A DNA stretch of 64,000 nucleotides from NCBI RefSeq assembly GCF_021869535.1, contig NW_026262668.1, positions 13,082,001 to 13,146,000 of the forward strand. The letters run 5' to 3'. Below, in pieces: positions 1 to 11,887 of this stretch (positions are counted from its first letter, which is position 1; every line of letters starts with the position of its first letter). Both the position numbers and the translations under genes were made by a program. This stretch comes from Mytilus californianus. Taxonomy: Eukaryota. The notes under the pieces are model-generated. The model had not been told where the DNA came from. It saw only the letters and a program-made list of their open reading frames with translations, and searched no databases.

Positions 1-101
1 ATATATATATATATATAGATTGCCTAACAATGTAATTTTAACACACTATTTAGTATGTAAATATAAGAATGTTTAAAATATTTACAAAATGATGAAAATA
101 A

Positions 102-140
102 ACGCAATATTTCGCTAGACTAACTAGCTTTATCAAGCGT
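102..140 (-). ncRNA. Second identical copy of the PLE pLTR hammerhead candidate
   Basis: Exact reverse complement of 1719-1757. Confidence 0.6.
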
Positions 141-387
141 GCATCTATCCAGGTGAAATCGGATGTAGATGATAAGAAACTTTTGCAGCTCAATGTATAT
201 GTTGCACTTGAATTTAGCTGCCTAGAAAATAATACATAATTTGGATGAAGTTCAAGATTTTTACAAAATTGGTAGTTGAAGTTAGCAACGTCCATTGGCC
301 AATATTACAGGATAAAAAAGACGATGCTGTGTACTAAATTATTCTTTATCTTTCCTGTATCTTTTCTCATCTTTTTCGTTAAGACCA

Positions 388-744
388 TCAGGTTCTAAAG
401 TGTGGAGTTGGTGGATCCAAAAATTTTCTCCTTCTCGCCGTGGTGTCCCACTCGGTGTTGACTTCTATGATTTGGAAGGTAACATTATCAAAAGAATGTT
501 TCGTTGAACGAAGATGTCTTGTGAGAGGACAGTTTTTGTTGGTTTTGTACCATGAACGATGGTTATTGAGCCGAATATTAAATTTGTCCATTGTTTCTCC
601 CACATACTGAATGCCACATGTGTTACATGTTAATATATAAATTGAGTTCTCCGTTTTACAGTTGGAATTTGAGTAGATGGTATAATTTTGTTTAGTAACG
701 GAGCTGATGAAAGAACTGCTTGTATTGGCAGCTTTACAACACAA
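388..744 (-). pseudogene. GIY-YIG endonuclease, frameshifted copy
   Basis: IYILTCNTCGIQYVGET, RLNNHR. A 5-bp deletion relative to the other arm removes the ENFWI...GLN end. Confidence 0.88.
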
Positions 745-1127
745 GCAGTTTGTAGCAACCGGGAGATGGAGTAGGCTGCTTTGCTAATACAGATGTCACT
801 AATTTGTCACGGATGTTTTTAGGTCTTCTGAAGGCCATGACTGGTGGTGAGGAAAATACTTTTTTAAGATTTGAATCATTTTCTATAATTTTCCAATGCT
901 TCTGAACAATGGAAGACACATTTTTAAAATCAGGATGGTAAGTGAGTACAAGGGGTGTTCTGTTAGCTGCTTTATTCTTATCTTTGTACTCTAGAAGTTC
1001 TTGGCGACTAGTTTTGTTTGCTCTTTCGAAAGCGCTATCAATGATGTTGTTATTGTATCCTCGAACAACTAGATGTTTACGTAGTTGTCCAAGTCTAGCA
1101 TTTTGCGTATTTTCAGTAGAGCATATT
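734..1127 (-). pseudogene. PLE reverse transcriptase C-terminal (thumb/linker) fragment
   Basis: ICS...RGY...RTPLVLTYHP...VFSSPPVMAFRRPKNIRDKLV are typical PLE post-RT motifs. The fragment is truncated at the 1127/1128 junction and frameshifted in the Cys-rich linker. Confidence 0.88.
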
Positions 1128-1520
1128 AATACAAGCAGTTCTTTCATCAGCTCCGTTACTAAACAAAATTATACCATCTACTCAAATTCCAACTGTAAAA
1201 CGGAGAACTCAATTTATATATTAACATGTGACACATGTGGCATTCAGTATGTGGGAGAAACAATGGACAAATTTAATATTCGGCTCAATAACCATCGTTC
1301 ATGGTACAAAACCAACAAAAACTGTCCTCTCACAAGACATCTTCGTTCAACGAAACATTCTTTTGATAATGTTACCTTCCAAATCATAGAAGTCAACACC
1401 GAGTGGGACACCACGGCGAGAAGGAGAAGAGAAAATTTTTGGATCCACCAACTCCACACTTTAGAACCTGATGGTCTTAACGAAAAAGATGAGAAAAGAT
1501 ACAGGAAAGATAAAGAATAA
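1128..1520 (+). pseudogene. GIY-YIG endonuclease domain, intact reading frame but no native start (inverted arm)
   Basis: IYILTCDTCGIQYVGET...R..NHR...RRRENFWI...EPDGLN. The first ~62 aa of ORF 942..1520 are only antisense of the RT thumb. Confidence 0.9.
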
Positions 1521-1718
1521 TTTAGTACACAGCATCGTCCTTTTTATCCTGTAATATTGGCCAATGGACGTTGCTAACTTCAACTACCAATTTTGTAAAA
1601 ATCTTGAACTTCATCCAAATTATGTATTATTTTCTAGGCAGCTAAATTCAAGTGCAACATATACATTGAGCTGCAAAAGTTTCTTATCATCTACATCCGA
1701 TTTCACCTGGATAGATGC

Positions 1719-1757
1719 ACGCTTGATAAAGCTAGTTAGTCTAGCGAAATATTGCGT
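1719..1757 (+). ncRNA. Candidate minimal type I hammerhead ribozyme, U3-A8 core variant, in the PLE 3' UTR/pLTR
   Basis: ACGC / TTGATAA-A / GCTAG-ttagt-CTAGC / GAA / ATAT / T / GCGT. It has a 4-bp stem I, a 5-bp stem II with G10.1-C11.1 and a palindromic stem III. Confidence 0.6.
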
Positions 1758-1932
1758 TTATTTTCATCATTTTGTAAATATTTTAAACATTCTTATATTT
1801 ACATACTAAATAGTGTGTTAAAATTACATTGTTAGGCAATCTATAATTTTATCTGTGTAATTGAATTAATCTCTGTACTGATTAATCCACACTCCCATAG
1901 ATTTGTATGTCATGTGCTGCTATTTATAGGCA

Positions 1933-1934
<2 letters not shown>

Positions 1935-1976
<42 letters not shown>
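1935..1976. repeat. (TA)n microsatellite
   Basis: About 21 TA units. A matching tract lies at 1-17. Confidence 0.98.
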
Positions 1977-1979
<3 letters not shown>

Positions 1980-2163
1980 GCACTGTCCGCTTGGGGTTGA
2001 ATCACAAAGTTAACAAAGTTCAAAATTATTTATTTTATCACATAAAGCACATAACATATCACATTTCTGACAAATTCATGAGATATTTTCCTAAGTTAAA
2101 TGTGCAATTGTGCCTATATCACCCTAAACCTTTGCGAAAGACGAAGAGATAGCACTAGGTATG

Positions 2164-2200
2164 CTAATGAATATCCTTTATTCGAAACGCGCGTCTGGCG
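2164..2200 (+). ncRNA. Degenerate minimal hammerhead motif (family A-like 3' half)
   Basis: GAA-ACGCGCGT-C-TGGCG is intact (palindromic stem III, GUC site). The 5' core has decayed to CTAATGA. Confidence 0.5.
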
Positions 2201-2677
2201 TAGAAAATATTATAAGCCTGGTACCTTTGATTTTTTTTACTTTATGCCTAATACAGAGCCATATTCTGTGAGATGTCGATAATTTGCAAGTATATTTCAT
2301 TTGTCTACATGATTTATTTTCCTATGCTTGATTTGTTCAGTACGGTATACATTTTACATATCTACATTATATCCTGTTTTATTTTAAAAATAAACAATGT
2401 CGCTCTCATGAGAGAAATTTAAGCGTGCGTGACTTTGCAACATATAGACTCTTATAAATATGTGTCACATAACTCTTTCAAATCCTGCAAACAAAATACT
2501 GGGACCCTTCCTCATGCAGTGTATAACTAAGTTCGGGTACCTGTATGCTTTGTTTATTAAATGTGAAGCAAACCGGAAAATTCTGTTTCAAAAATCAATC
2601 GACACGACCGTTTATATATACGACCGTTTATATACATGTATATAATTCTTAAGAAATTAGAGAAACATAATATTTTT

Positions 2678-2890
2678 GTAACACGCAACTCGACCTTTGT
2701 AACTCGCAACTCGACCGTCGTAACCCGCAACTCGACCTTCGTAAGTCGCAACTCGACCGTCGTAACTCGCAACTCGACCGTCTTAACTCGCAACTTGGCC
2801 GTCGGAACTCGCATCTCGACCTTCGTAACTCGCAACTCGACCTTCGTAACTCGCAACTCGACTTTCTTAACTCACAACTTGCAACTCGAC
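2678..2890. repeat. 21-bp minisatellite (GTAACTCGCAACTCGACCTTC), ~10 copies, with 7-bp sub-period
   Basis: The tandem units are directly visible and explain ORFs 2557..2856 and 2636..2917. Confidence 0.95.
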
Positions 2891-3205
2891 GATAAGAAAC
2901 CCTCTCTTGGGTTATAGATTAAAGGTACTGACTCAGTGCAGAAGTTTTTTTTTACAGTTTTACCTTTATTTGTCTTTGTATTATTATGTTCCATTTGATT
3001 GTATGACTTTTGGCGTGGTTCGGTATATGTGATCCAGCTTTCCGGTTTTTGGTTTTTGTCGTTCCTTATGCGGGTGGTTCCGGGGATGCAATTCGGACAC
3101 AATGTTGTTTTCATTTTGTAAACCCTTGTATTTATGTTTTACTTATTTTGTATTTTATCTGGAAAGTGTATATGTCATTATGCTTTACTATACTATAAAT
3201 TTTAG

Positions 3206-3890
3206 AAGATGTGGTATGATTGCCAATGAGACAACTCTCTACCAGATACCAAATGACATGGAAGTTAACAACTATAGGTCACCGTACGGCCTTCAACAAT
3301 AGAAAAACCCATACCGCTATAAAAAGGCCCGAAATGACAAATGTAAGACAATTCAAACGAGAAAACTAACGGCCAGAATTATGTACAAAACAATGAACGA
3401 AAAAAATTATATACAGCAACAAACGACAACCACTGAATTACAGACTCCTGACTTGGGACAGGCACATACAAAATGTGTCGGGGTTAAACATGTTTGAAGG
3501 CGCCAACCCTCCCCAAATTGAAACAGTGGTATAACGGCACAACACATGAACACACTATGCAAAACAATAAACAAAAAAACAAATATGAGAAACAGCAAAT
3601 AACGACAACCACTTAATTACATGCTTCTGACTTGGGACAGGCACATAAAGAATGTCGTGGGGTAAAACATGTTTGCTGGCGCGCCAAAACCCTCCCCCTA
3701 ACCTTGGACAGTGGTGTAACAATACAGCATATGAACAAACTATAAAAATCAGTTGAAAAATACTGAACTCATCAGATCGATACAAAGCAAAAAAACAACT
3801 AACCAATACACATACCGGACGTGGCAGGGTATTTATATACTGACTGACTTTAAAAACGCAACACTCATTTTGTTGATTTTTTTTCCCACA
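3206..3890 (-). mobile_element. Abundant dispersed 3' module (ends CATTGGCA(A/C)TCATACCACATCTT), with internal ~170-bp duplication
   Basis: Same sequence order as 47221-47630 and 30190-30560. Confidence 0.8.
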
Positions 3891-4719
3891 TCATGTTTGA
3901 TTCTCATACAACTACTATTAATGCTTACCATACTTCTTTCTCTTAAGAAAAAAACAACATCTGACTTACCTGTGGTTATTGAACATACCGGATTTTTGAA
4001 GTCGCACGAATTTCTTAAAGCGAAATTTGGAACCCATAAAAGATTTTTTCAGTTTGTTTTGCTACGTGAAACAGTTCTTTCAATCCTTGGCCACACTTAA
4101 ATCAGTTAAAAAATGTTGCATCTCCATATTGCCAAGACTGAGGAATAAAAAAAACTGAATCAACCCATAAGAATACCGCAAACAGGAAAACGTGAACGTG
4201 CTGCAACCATACAGTTTGACTTCAGAAACTCGTCTTACTGTCCTCCCGACAACGATACAGGTAAACGGGATTTGTTACTGACCATCAATGACCAGATCAA
4301 CATGTAGTGACAATGCAACGTCAATAGAATTTGATTACGCAACGTCATTTGAGAGACATGTTTACGGCCGCAACGTCAACTGCTTATCAAATTGCCGAAT
4401 GCCATTGCGCACAGATTTATGCCTTAAACGTTTCCCATAAACTGAACTGCCGAAGAATCGACTGAAGAAAAACATTTAAAGCCCTGAAGTTTCCACCGCA
4501 TAATTGCCAAATACCATTGTAATGGGTGGAACAAACGCATATTCAGAATGTGTAAAACAGAACCCAAAACATGTGGAACAGAAAAAGGTTGATCTTTCTG
4601 ACAATCATCTTGGCGTTTGTTACAGGCAGTCATTGCTTTTGACGGTGCCACATTCATTAAAAAAATTAAAAAGAATAATCTAGTGTTGCGTTTCTAAAGT
4701 CGGTCAGTATACTTCCCAA

Positions 4720-5830
4720 CAATAAAAAAGACACTAATTACAGATCTGAGAGTACTCACAGTTACTGACAGCTAGTTCAAAGCCAATACCAACTAATAAA
4801 AACATGACCTTGTGGAATGCCTAACAACTGATAACAAAATCAATATTTATACCAATAAAAACACTATTCAAAATATTTAAGATTTGATTACTGTGTCGAA
4901 GTGGTAACATTTTAGAATAAAAGAAAAAACAAATGATAAGTTTATTTATAGGATCGATAAGTTTACACGGATCGTTAATAAATTTCCGGGCTAGGTAAAC
5001 AACATCTCCGTAATAATTAGGATGTGCTATCCCGTTTGAAATAAGTTTTTTTCAAGTATAGCCAAACTTCCAAACAAAATCTTTGTATATATGGAAGCAT
5101 TAAGCAAAGGTTTTAAGTAATTTTTGGTAACAAAATCTCTGACTTGATAATTTATCAGGAAAACATAGATTAGGCTCGTTGAAATCCAAACCATCACTAC
5201 AGACACGGGCATAGCGAACGAGCTAAGATATATAAACACCGTAAGATGGTGTCAAAGGAATATCATATATTATAAATTAAAGGCAAATTAGAAGGGTCTT
5301 TACTGAGTTTGGCCATACACTGTGATTCATAAAAAGTCAAGAAGAAAATTAACATTTTCAATCAACTCATCACACCTTCAGTAAGTATATCTAGCATATT
5401 TACCTTTCTCATTAGAGAATAAGGCTTTAAATGAATTGCAGTAAATATATTTGCAATCAGATTTATCAAACGAACATTTAATTAAGTAGAAAAACTTTTG
5501 TTTGATAAGATTGTGTGGAAGTGTAATGTAAAGAGTTGAAAAGTCAAAACTGTCAACAGAATCAAAAGGACCATCAAAAGCACGTAATTTATCTAAAACA
5601 TTTAAAGAATTTTTTACATTCTAAAAATAATGAATTCCACTTTTTGCATATGTTTTATTACAAAAGTTAATGATAAGTTCTTTGATAGTAGTTAAGGAAA
5701 TAGTTAAAAGCACCGAAAGATTAGTTGTAAAACACTTACTAGAGGCCGAGATGAAACAATATTTTACGGGTTTTTTTGTGTAGTTTAGGTAACTTATACA
5801 GAGTAAGAACCTTTAGAGGCCTTTTAAAAG
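4720..5830 (-). mobile_element. Decayed PLE-type RT element (probably Naiad-type) with internal deletion
   Basis: The - strand translates to LYKLPKLHKKPVKY, DSFDFSTLYITLPH (5521-5552) and a C-terminus homologous to ORF 46006..46563. The 3' UTR matches 46731-46800. Confidence 0.85.
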
Positions 5831-8699
5831 CTGTAATGTGGCTGTGATATGATTGTTTACTGTATGACTCTCTGTGGGGCTAGACTGTGGAGCTAGCTTT
5901 TTACTATACTGACTGTATTATCAACTACAAAAAAAAATGTGTTGGCGTCTATGTTTGATTTAATACTAAAAATGTTTGAACGTTTAATTCAGTTGTGTTG
6001 TACTTCTGTGATGTATGTTTCCACAGTTTTTGGTGCTGGATTCCAGTTATAGCCACGTTAACCAGTGATGTCTGTTTGGGTTGCTAACCCAATTTGGCAA
6101 TATTACGGAACATTAAACAACTGCCATACAAGTAGGCGTTTTAGCTAGCTAGAAAACTATGTTTAAATCACAATTTTCTTTGGAAAATTTCTGTGCCAAT
6201 TCAGGAATATGACAGTTGTTTTCCTGCTGTTTTTTATAAATAATGTTTTATTTTCCAATTTTTTCAAAAACCAGCAAGGATTTTCGTTTTATAGATATGA
6301 CTGTGCATAAAAATTAATGGACATCAGATGAGACAATCTTAACTTTTTATACGACATTAAACTTATGTATGACGGACAGACGGACTTGTGTTGTTATAAG
6401 GCAACAAGTGGGTGTGGTATTATCAAATAATCAATTCCAATGTCATTGACCATGAATGTAGCACAGGGACCCTAAGTATGCTCTCCTGGGCTACTAAGGT
6501 AATTGTAACAGGATATTGGAAATAAATTGTATTTGAATTTAAAAAACAAAAATAAATCTTATATGTTTCACGATTTTAGCATAAAATTATCCATAACAAA
6601 TTTCACATCGCTTCGCTCGTCTGTATCTATTACATTTTCCGGAATTACACCCACCTTTCTAAAAATCCTGGATCCGCTCCTGCAAAAAGGCAATCATCAT
6701 AACAATACCAAAATTGACTGTCTCATTTCTGTCTTAGTACTAGACTAGTACTATTCGTATAAAGTGCTTAGTTAAAGTAGGGTTTTACGACGCATCAATT
6801 CTCCGATTTGCATGAAACTCTACCCAATTAATATACATTTGTAATCAGACCAGACGTATCATTACAGTTCCCTAATTCATAGTAAGTTTATACTTTCCTT
6901 AACCTGTTGGGTTTTTTTTAAAGTCCGTTGTGGTAAATAATATTGAATTATAGTCAGAAATATTGTGTGAACTTTTAAACCATAATCGTGACGTCAGTCA
7001 TTTCCTTAACCGTTGTTTCTGTTTTTAATTTAATTTTCTTAAATCGGTCGCTGAAAAAATACACCAAGTTGTAGGAAATTGTTTACTATTCGCTTAATTA
7101 AAGTTTGAATTAACTTATTATAAAACGTTAAGCTTGCAATTAGCCACCTATTGTACACATAACAGCATAATTTACAATACTGTTTACGTACCAGTTCATT
7201 CTGGGGTCTTCTCCCCGAACCGAGTTTAACAATGTCGATTTCTATAAAAACCAAAGACAATAATTTGGAATAAAAAAATCTAAAACTGCCAGGATCAAAT
7301 TCCAGAATATAAACAATATGAATATATCTGTCCAGAGAAGGAATTAGTTTAATTACTGCAATGAGGATCGAACTCCTTCATAATGTATAACTGTTTTACA
7401 TAGACGAAACCTCTCAGCTGCCAATTAACGAATATCAAAATATCGATTTTACAAAATATATCAATATGATCATTGTTCATTGTGACTGTAAAAATTCTTT
7501 TTTTTTATATATATAGAGGAAAATAGTGATGGAAAAATTTTGACAAATCTAAAAGCAAAGGAACAGCTCCTTTATTGCTGTTCGTCATCTCTATTTACAG
7601 TGAGGCAGACCTCACTGCGAGTTCAAGATAGTCTCTAACAGTAGTTTGAGGGAATTATTATGACGAGTTTATATTTCATACACTGAATTTCAGTTTGTTT
7701 CGTAAGCTAACATTTCTGTTAATAGGAACTACTTTGAAAAAAAAATAAACATTGGCACTATGTACACATACAGTTTGTGCCTTCATAATTACGCATGTAT
7801 AAACGACGTTCGTATACTGTAATTGTGTAGCCTCAGTGTATATACGAAATGCAGAGTTAACAATTAGAGAAGGGGTTATAAGAATTTTATGTGGTTTAAA
7901 TAAAAATGGTAGAGTAAAAGTAACCGTACATTATCTTAAATATGTCCTTACAATACTAAGGTTAAAGGTGTTTGAAAAATAAAAAAATAAAAAGCATTTG
8001 ACAAGTTACAATGACAACAAACCATTATGAAATTTTGTATATTTTGTAAACTTTCGTAAGATTCCTCGTTTTACATCATCTTTTATGTAAAATGTATCTT
8101 TTGGATTTGAAAAGTATGTGCATACCCAATAATGTTATATAATAACTATAATTATATAAAGTTACTCTACAAATATTTTGCTATCTTGACTGCGCATGAT
8201 GTTTCAATAAAGGAAATATCATGTTCTGAAAACTCAATTAATTTGTTTAAGTTCCCATTTCTATTATGAAATTGAAACTATGAAACTTTCTTAATTAAAG
8301 TATGTTTTCTGAAGTTTTTATTCAGTGAGAGTCAGTGAGTCGAACTGACAACATCCGATAATTACATATATTCTATCCTGAAATCATTAAAATCATTAAA
8401 ATACTACTGCATTGAACTTGTGTCAAATTCTATCATTGTCTATCTATGTTAGCATATAGTCCGTTTATGTATGTTGGCGTTTGTTTTAGTAGCAGTTCAG
8501 TGTTTCTGTTGTTCCGTTTTGTTTCCTCTTATAGTTGATGTGTTTCCCTCAGTTTTGGTTTGTGACCCGGATTTGTTTCAGTTAATGACTATTAAACAGC
8601 GGTATACTACTGTTGCCTTTATTTAGCATTACAACCGGCCTTGTTGTATCTCGGTATCATAGTCATTCCAGTAACCGGTTCTTCCGGTTTCATTTCCTT

Positions 8700-9330
8700 A
8701 AATATTTATGGAGCACCACAATAATTTCAGGACATCCAGAATTCGATTTATCATAAATCTTTAGGAATCAGTAGCTGGAAGATGCCATCGAATATCTATT
8801 CTTGTTGCCCAAATCAGAAAATATGTGGCAATGAAATTGAATGAATATTTAAGTTTTTAAAATGAATTATAATGGATGTCCAGAAACAATTGTTGGGCTC
8901 CATAGATATTTAAAGGTATCCTGAAATTGAATTATGGATGTCCCAAAATAATTGTAAAGCTCCATTGATATTTTAAGGTATCCTAAAATCGAATAATGGA
9001 TGTCCCAAAACAATTGTTGAGCTCCATGCATAAATATTTAAACGTTTCCTAAAATCGATTGTGGCTGTCCCTAAACAATTGTGGAGCTCAATAGATGTTT
9101 AAGGGTAACATGAAATCGATTTATGGATCTCCTGAAACAATTGTGAAGCTCTATCAATAATTAAAGATAGGTCCTGAAATATATAATTATAGATCTCCAT
9201 AAATATTAAGGATATTCTGAAATATTTAAGGACCTCCTAGAATAAAGCGATTTTGATCGATAATTTAAGAAGATACTGAAATATTTTAAGTGTTCCTCAA
9301 TAATTTATGGATAATTCGATATGGAGGTTT
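8700..9330. repeat. ~62-bp tandem array (ATGGATGTCC...CAATTGT..AGCTCC) preceded by an inverted partial unit
   Basis: Unit starts at 8872, 8934, 8996, 9061 and 9123. GGACATCCA near 8733 is the inverted motif. Confidence 0.8.
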
Positions 9331-11793
9331 TGACTAAATCAGCGCCTCATAGTACGGAAACCACGATATAAACAAGACATTTTAAAAGTTCAAAGTAATC
9401 ATGTGAAAATATTTGTGCGACTGGATCAGTGGGTGTACAACTGACCTCTTACAAAAAGTGTTGTTGTGGTTACATTGACAAATGTAATAATTAGACAATC
9501 GTTCTAGTAACCACAGAACTGTTTCCGTTGAACAATCTTTACCTGAATTTTATGTTTTATGTTTTAATTTCTTCCTTCCCTTTAAATTTAAATTTATTTT
9601 CGAAAAGCCCTTTTTAACTAAACAAATTGATTTATGTCTTTAACCTGCTGACTTTACTTTTCAATTATAACATTTTATAATTATGATAGTAAATTCTTGA
9701 ATTGTAATGACAGCGGTTTTCCTAATATTTCCTAATGTCATTAAAATATATTACTTACAATAAAGTATGATTGACATGTGTGACATAATTTACCAAGAAT
9801 GTACAAATCGTTTTCGAAAAGACAATAAGTTATATATCATAACGTTTTTTCGGTCTAGTCGTCGAAAGATACATCTTCACTTGCAAAAAAATACAACCAC
9901 ATTAATGCAAACCAGTCACATATTAACTGAAAATGTACTTTCATTCAGGGTATTTTTATAGCTGACTATGCGGTATGGGTTTTGCTAATTGTTGAAGGCC
10001 ATACGGTAACGTATATTTGTTAATTTCTATGTCATTTAGTCTCTTGTGGAGAGTTGTCTCAATGACAATCAACCCACATCTTCTAATTTTTATATTGAAT
10101 ACTTTTCCTAAACAATTAGTATTTTAAAAAAATTTAGGCGGTTCATATAAAAAAATTCAAGTAGGTTGTCTCCGTACATGTAATTGTTAATATGTCTCAT
10201 TTTTCTTCAGAATCGGTCATTTTCAAAGAAATGTTACAATACATGTACATTTAAAACAAGTATTAATCTAACAAAAGGTCAGGATAACGAAGCTGTGTTA
10301 GTAGATATAATAAAATGTTAATTTTGTTAAAATTGACTAGAAGTTTTAGGTCAGATTTTATTTGATTTACTCTTAATAATACTAGGTGTTCAACTTTGAC
10401 AAAAGTAGTCTTGATCTTTCAACAGAACTTTAAAAAGGGAGAAATGTTCAGCACCCTAAACATTTGAGTGACAATTCTTCAAGGGCGAAAGGCTTTAGGG
10501 CTCTGAGAACACATATAAAATCAAAATAAAGCATTGCCCTGTTCTATATCGATAAAATATCATCCAGATAAATAGTTTCCGTTTTAGTGTTGTATTTTAT
10601 TTTAATCTTCTGTAATTCGGAAGAGTCCAGTAGAGCATGAATAATGGTAAATCACATATTTTATTCTTGAATAGCCTTCTTATTTAACGGAATATGTTTA
10701 AGTTTTCAGAGATTTCATGTGCGTGACCAAATAGTGCGCATATACATTGGACTCAAAGTGAGATTGTGTGTGTATTCTAAGACGAAAACCGCCGAACGAT
10801 TGTAGTATAGAAGTATTTGTAGTCTATTATAGCAACATGCAGTATACTTGACAAGAAACGAAAAATAGCATCGTAATAGATAATCAAGCCATCCCCTGCT
10901 CTTGAGTAAAAACTTTAAAATAAAAACAACAGTTCTGTATGATTTTTTTTTGTCATGGTAGCTGTGGTACTATATAAATTTAGTGGCCGTTATTTATCAT
11001 CAAAACACACAAAAAGAGGTAATAACCCACTTAAAAGTCGGACGATGCAAAGAAAGTGTTCATAGTCCACAAAAAAGAACATACAACCAAATGGCCAAAT
11101 AAAAGAAAGAAAAAACAACAAAAGAGAAAATTAAGCCACATAAACCTAATCAAAACTAGGGATGAACTTTCACTTCAGAATGGATAAACTACCAGACTGT
11201 TACCTGATAAAAACAACATGGACAGCAAAGTACAACACAGAGAATTATAAAATTAAAACATTTGTAGAAAAGAAAAGAAAAATATGGTGTACCAATGATG
11301 ACACAAAATTAATACAGGCACATAAACAAATAGAGAAAAAAAAACAGCTCTTTTTATTGCTGTTATTCATCTCAAAGTTAATGCAAGGCCTTCAACACGG
11401 AGCAAATGCTGTCACTAAAGTTCGAAACGACCCCTAGCACCGGTTAGAGCGAAATTCTTTGTTTATATAGATCGAAAGTTTGTTAAACATCCTAAAAATA
11501 AACGCGTTTACATCGGGTTATACTATAACCAAATACCCGGTGCGATTTCCAACGAAGTGTTATTTACATCAGAATTATTCTAAAATAATATACATATCAT
11601 CTTTGATACCTACATGTCTGTGTAGTAGCTTTTACACAGGAACTGTATGATTAATAGTGAATAAAAAAACAATTGTGTCTGCTGCCATTACATTTAATTG
11701 GCACCGTTTAATTTTAGTGTTCCCCAAGCTCGTGCATGACAGTGGAAAACTATAGTGCATATCATTATTTTCATTCATTCATCACTGTCAACG

Positions 11794-11887
11794 ACTGTCC
11801 TATTTCATCAATTTATCAGCATTAATTAACTTTGTGTGCACACTGTCCTATTTCATCAATTCATCATAATTAATTAACTCTGTGTGC
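11794..11887. repeat. 48-bp tandem duplication
   Basis: ACTGTCCTATTTCATCAATT at 11794 and 11842. Confidence 0.9.

Larger units (their letters stand above)
14..1934 (-). mobile_element. 5'-truncated Penelope-like retroelement (RT then C-terminal GIY-YIG, Neptune-like) with an inverted pLTR-type copy, flanked by (TA)n on both sides
   Basis: Arms 14-726 and 1128-1845 are near-identical inverted repeats. By eye they differ by a 5-bp indel and a few substitutions. Spacer 727-1127 encodes a PLE RT thumb/linker on the - strand. The arms encode GIY-YIG. (TA)n lies at 1-17 and 1935-1976. Confidence 0.92.

Noticed and set aside
50-295. Identical 81-aa ORFs at 50..295 and 1564..1809
   Set aside because: They lie in the PLE 3' UTR and are identical only because of the inverted repeat. 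No recognisable domain.
2557-2917. Repeat-protein ORFs and possible CRISPR-like array
   Set aside because: Contiguous 21-bp tandem units with no unique spacers and no cas genes, in eukaryotic context.
3740-3785. CTGATGA-GTT..AAC motif on the - strand within the 3' module
   Set aside because: Followed by TGATTTT rather than GAAA and has no stem III or stem I, so not called a hammerhead.
3960-4660. Exon-like - strand segments (ending CAG|GTAAGT near 3968) and ORF 4424..4657
   Set aside because: In-frame stops and no recognisable domain. Possibly decayed coding DNA, but I cannot name it.
4720-5830. In-frame TGA codons as selenocysteine (reported for some Naiad PLEs)
   Set aside because: The copy also has TAA stops, frameshifts and a deletion, and no SECIS could be identified by eye.
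6742-6760. Short perfect palindrome TAGTACTAG-A-CTAGTACTA
   Set aside because: Isolated and AT-rich. No supporting context for a function.
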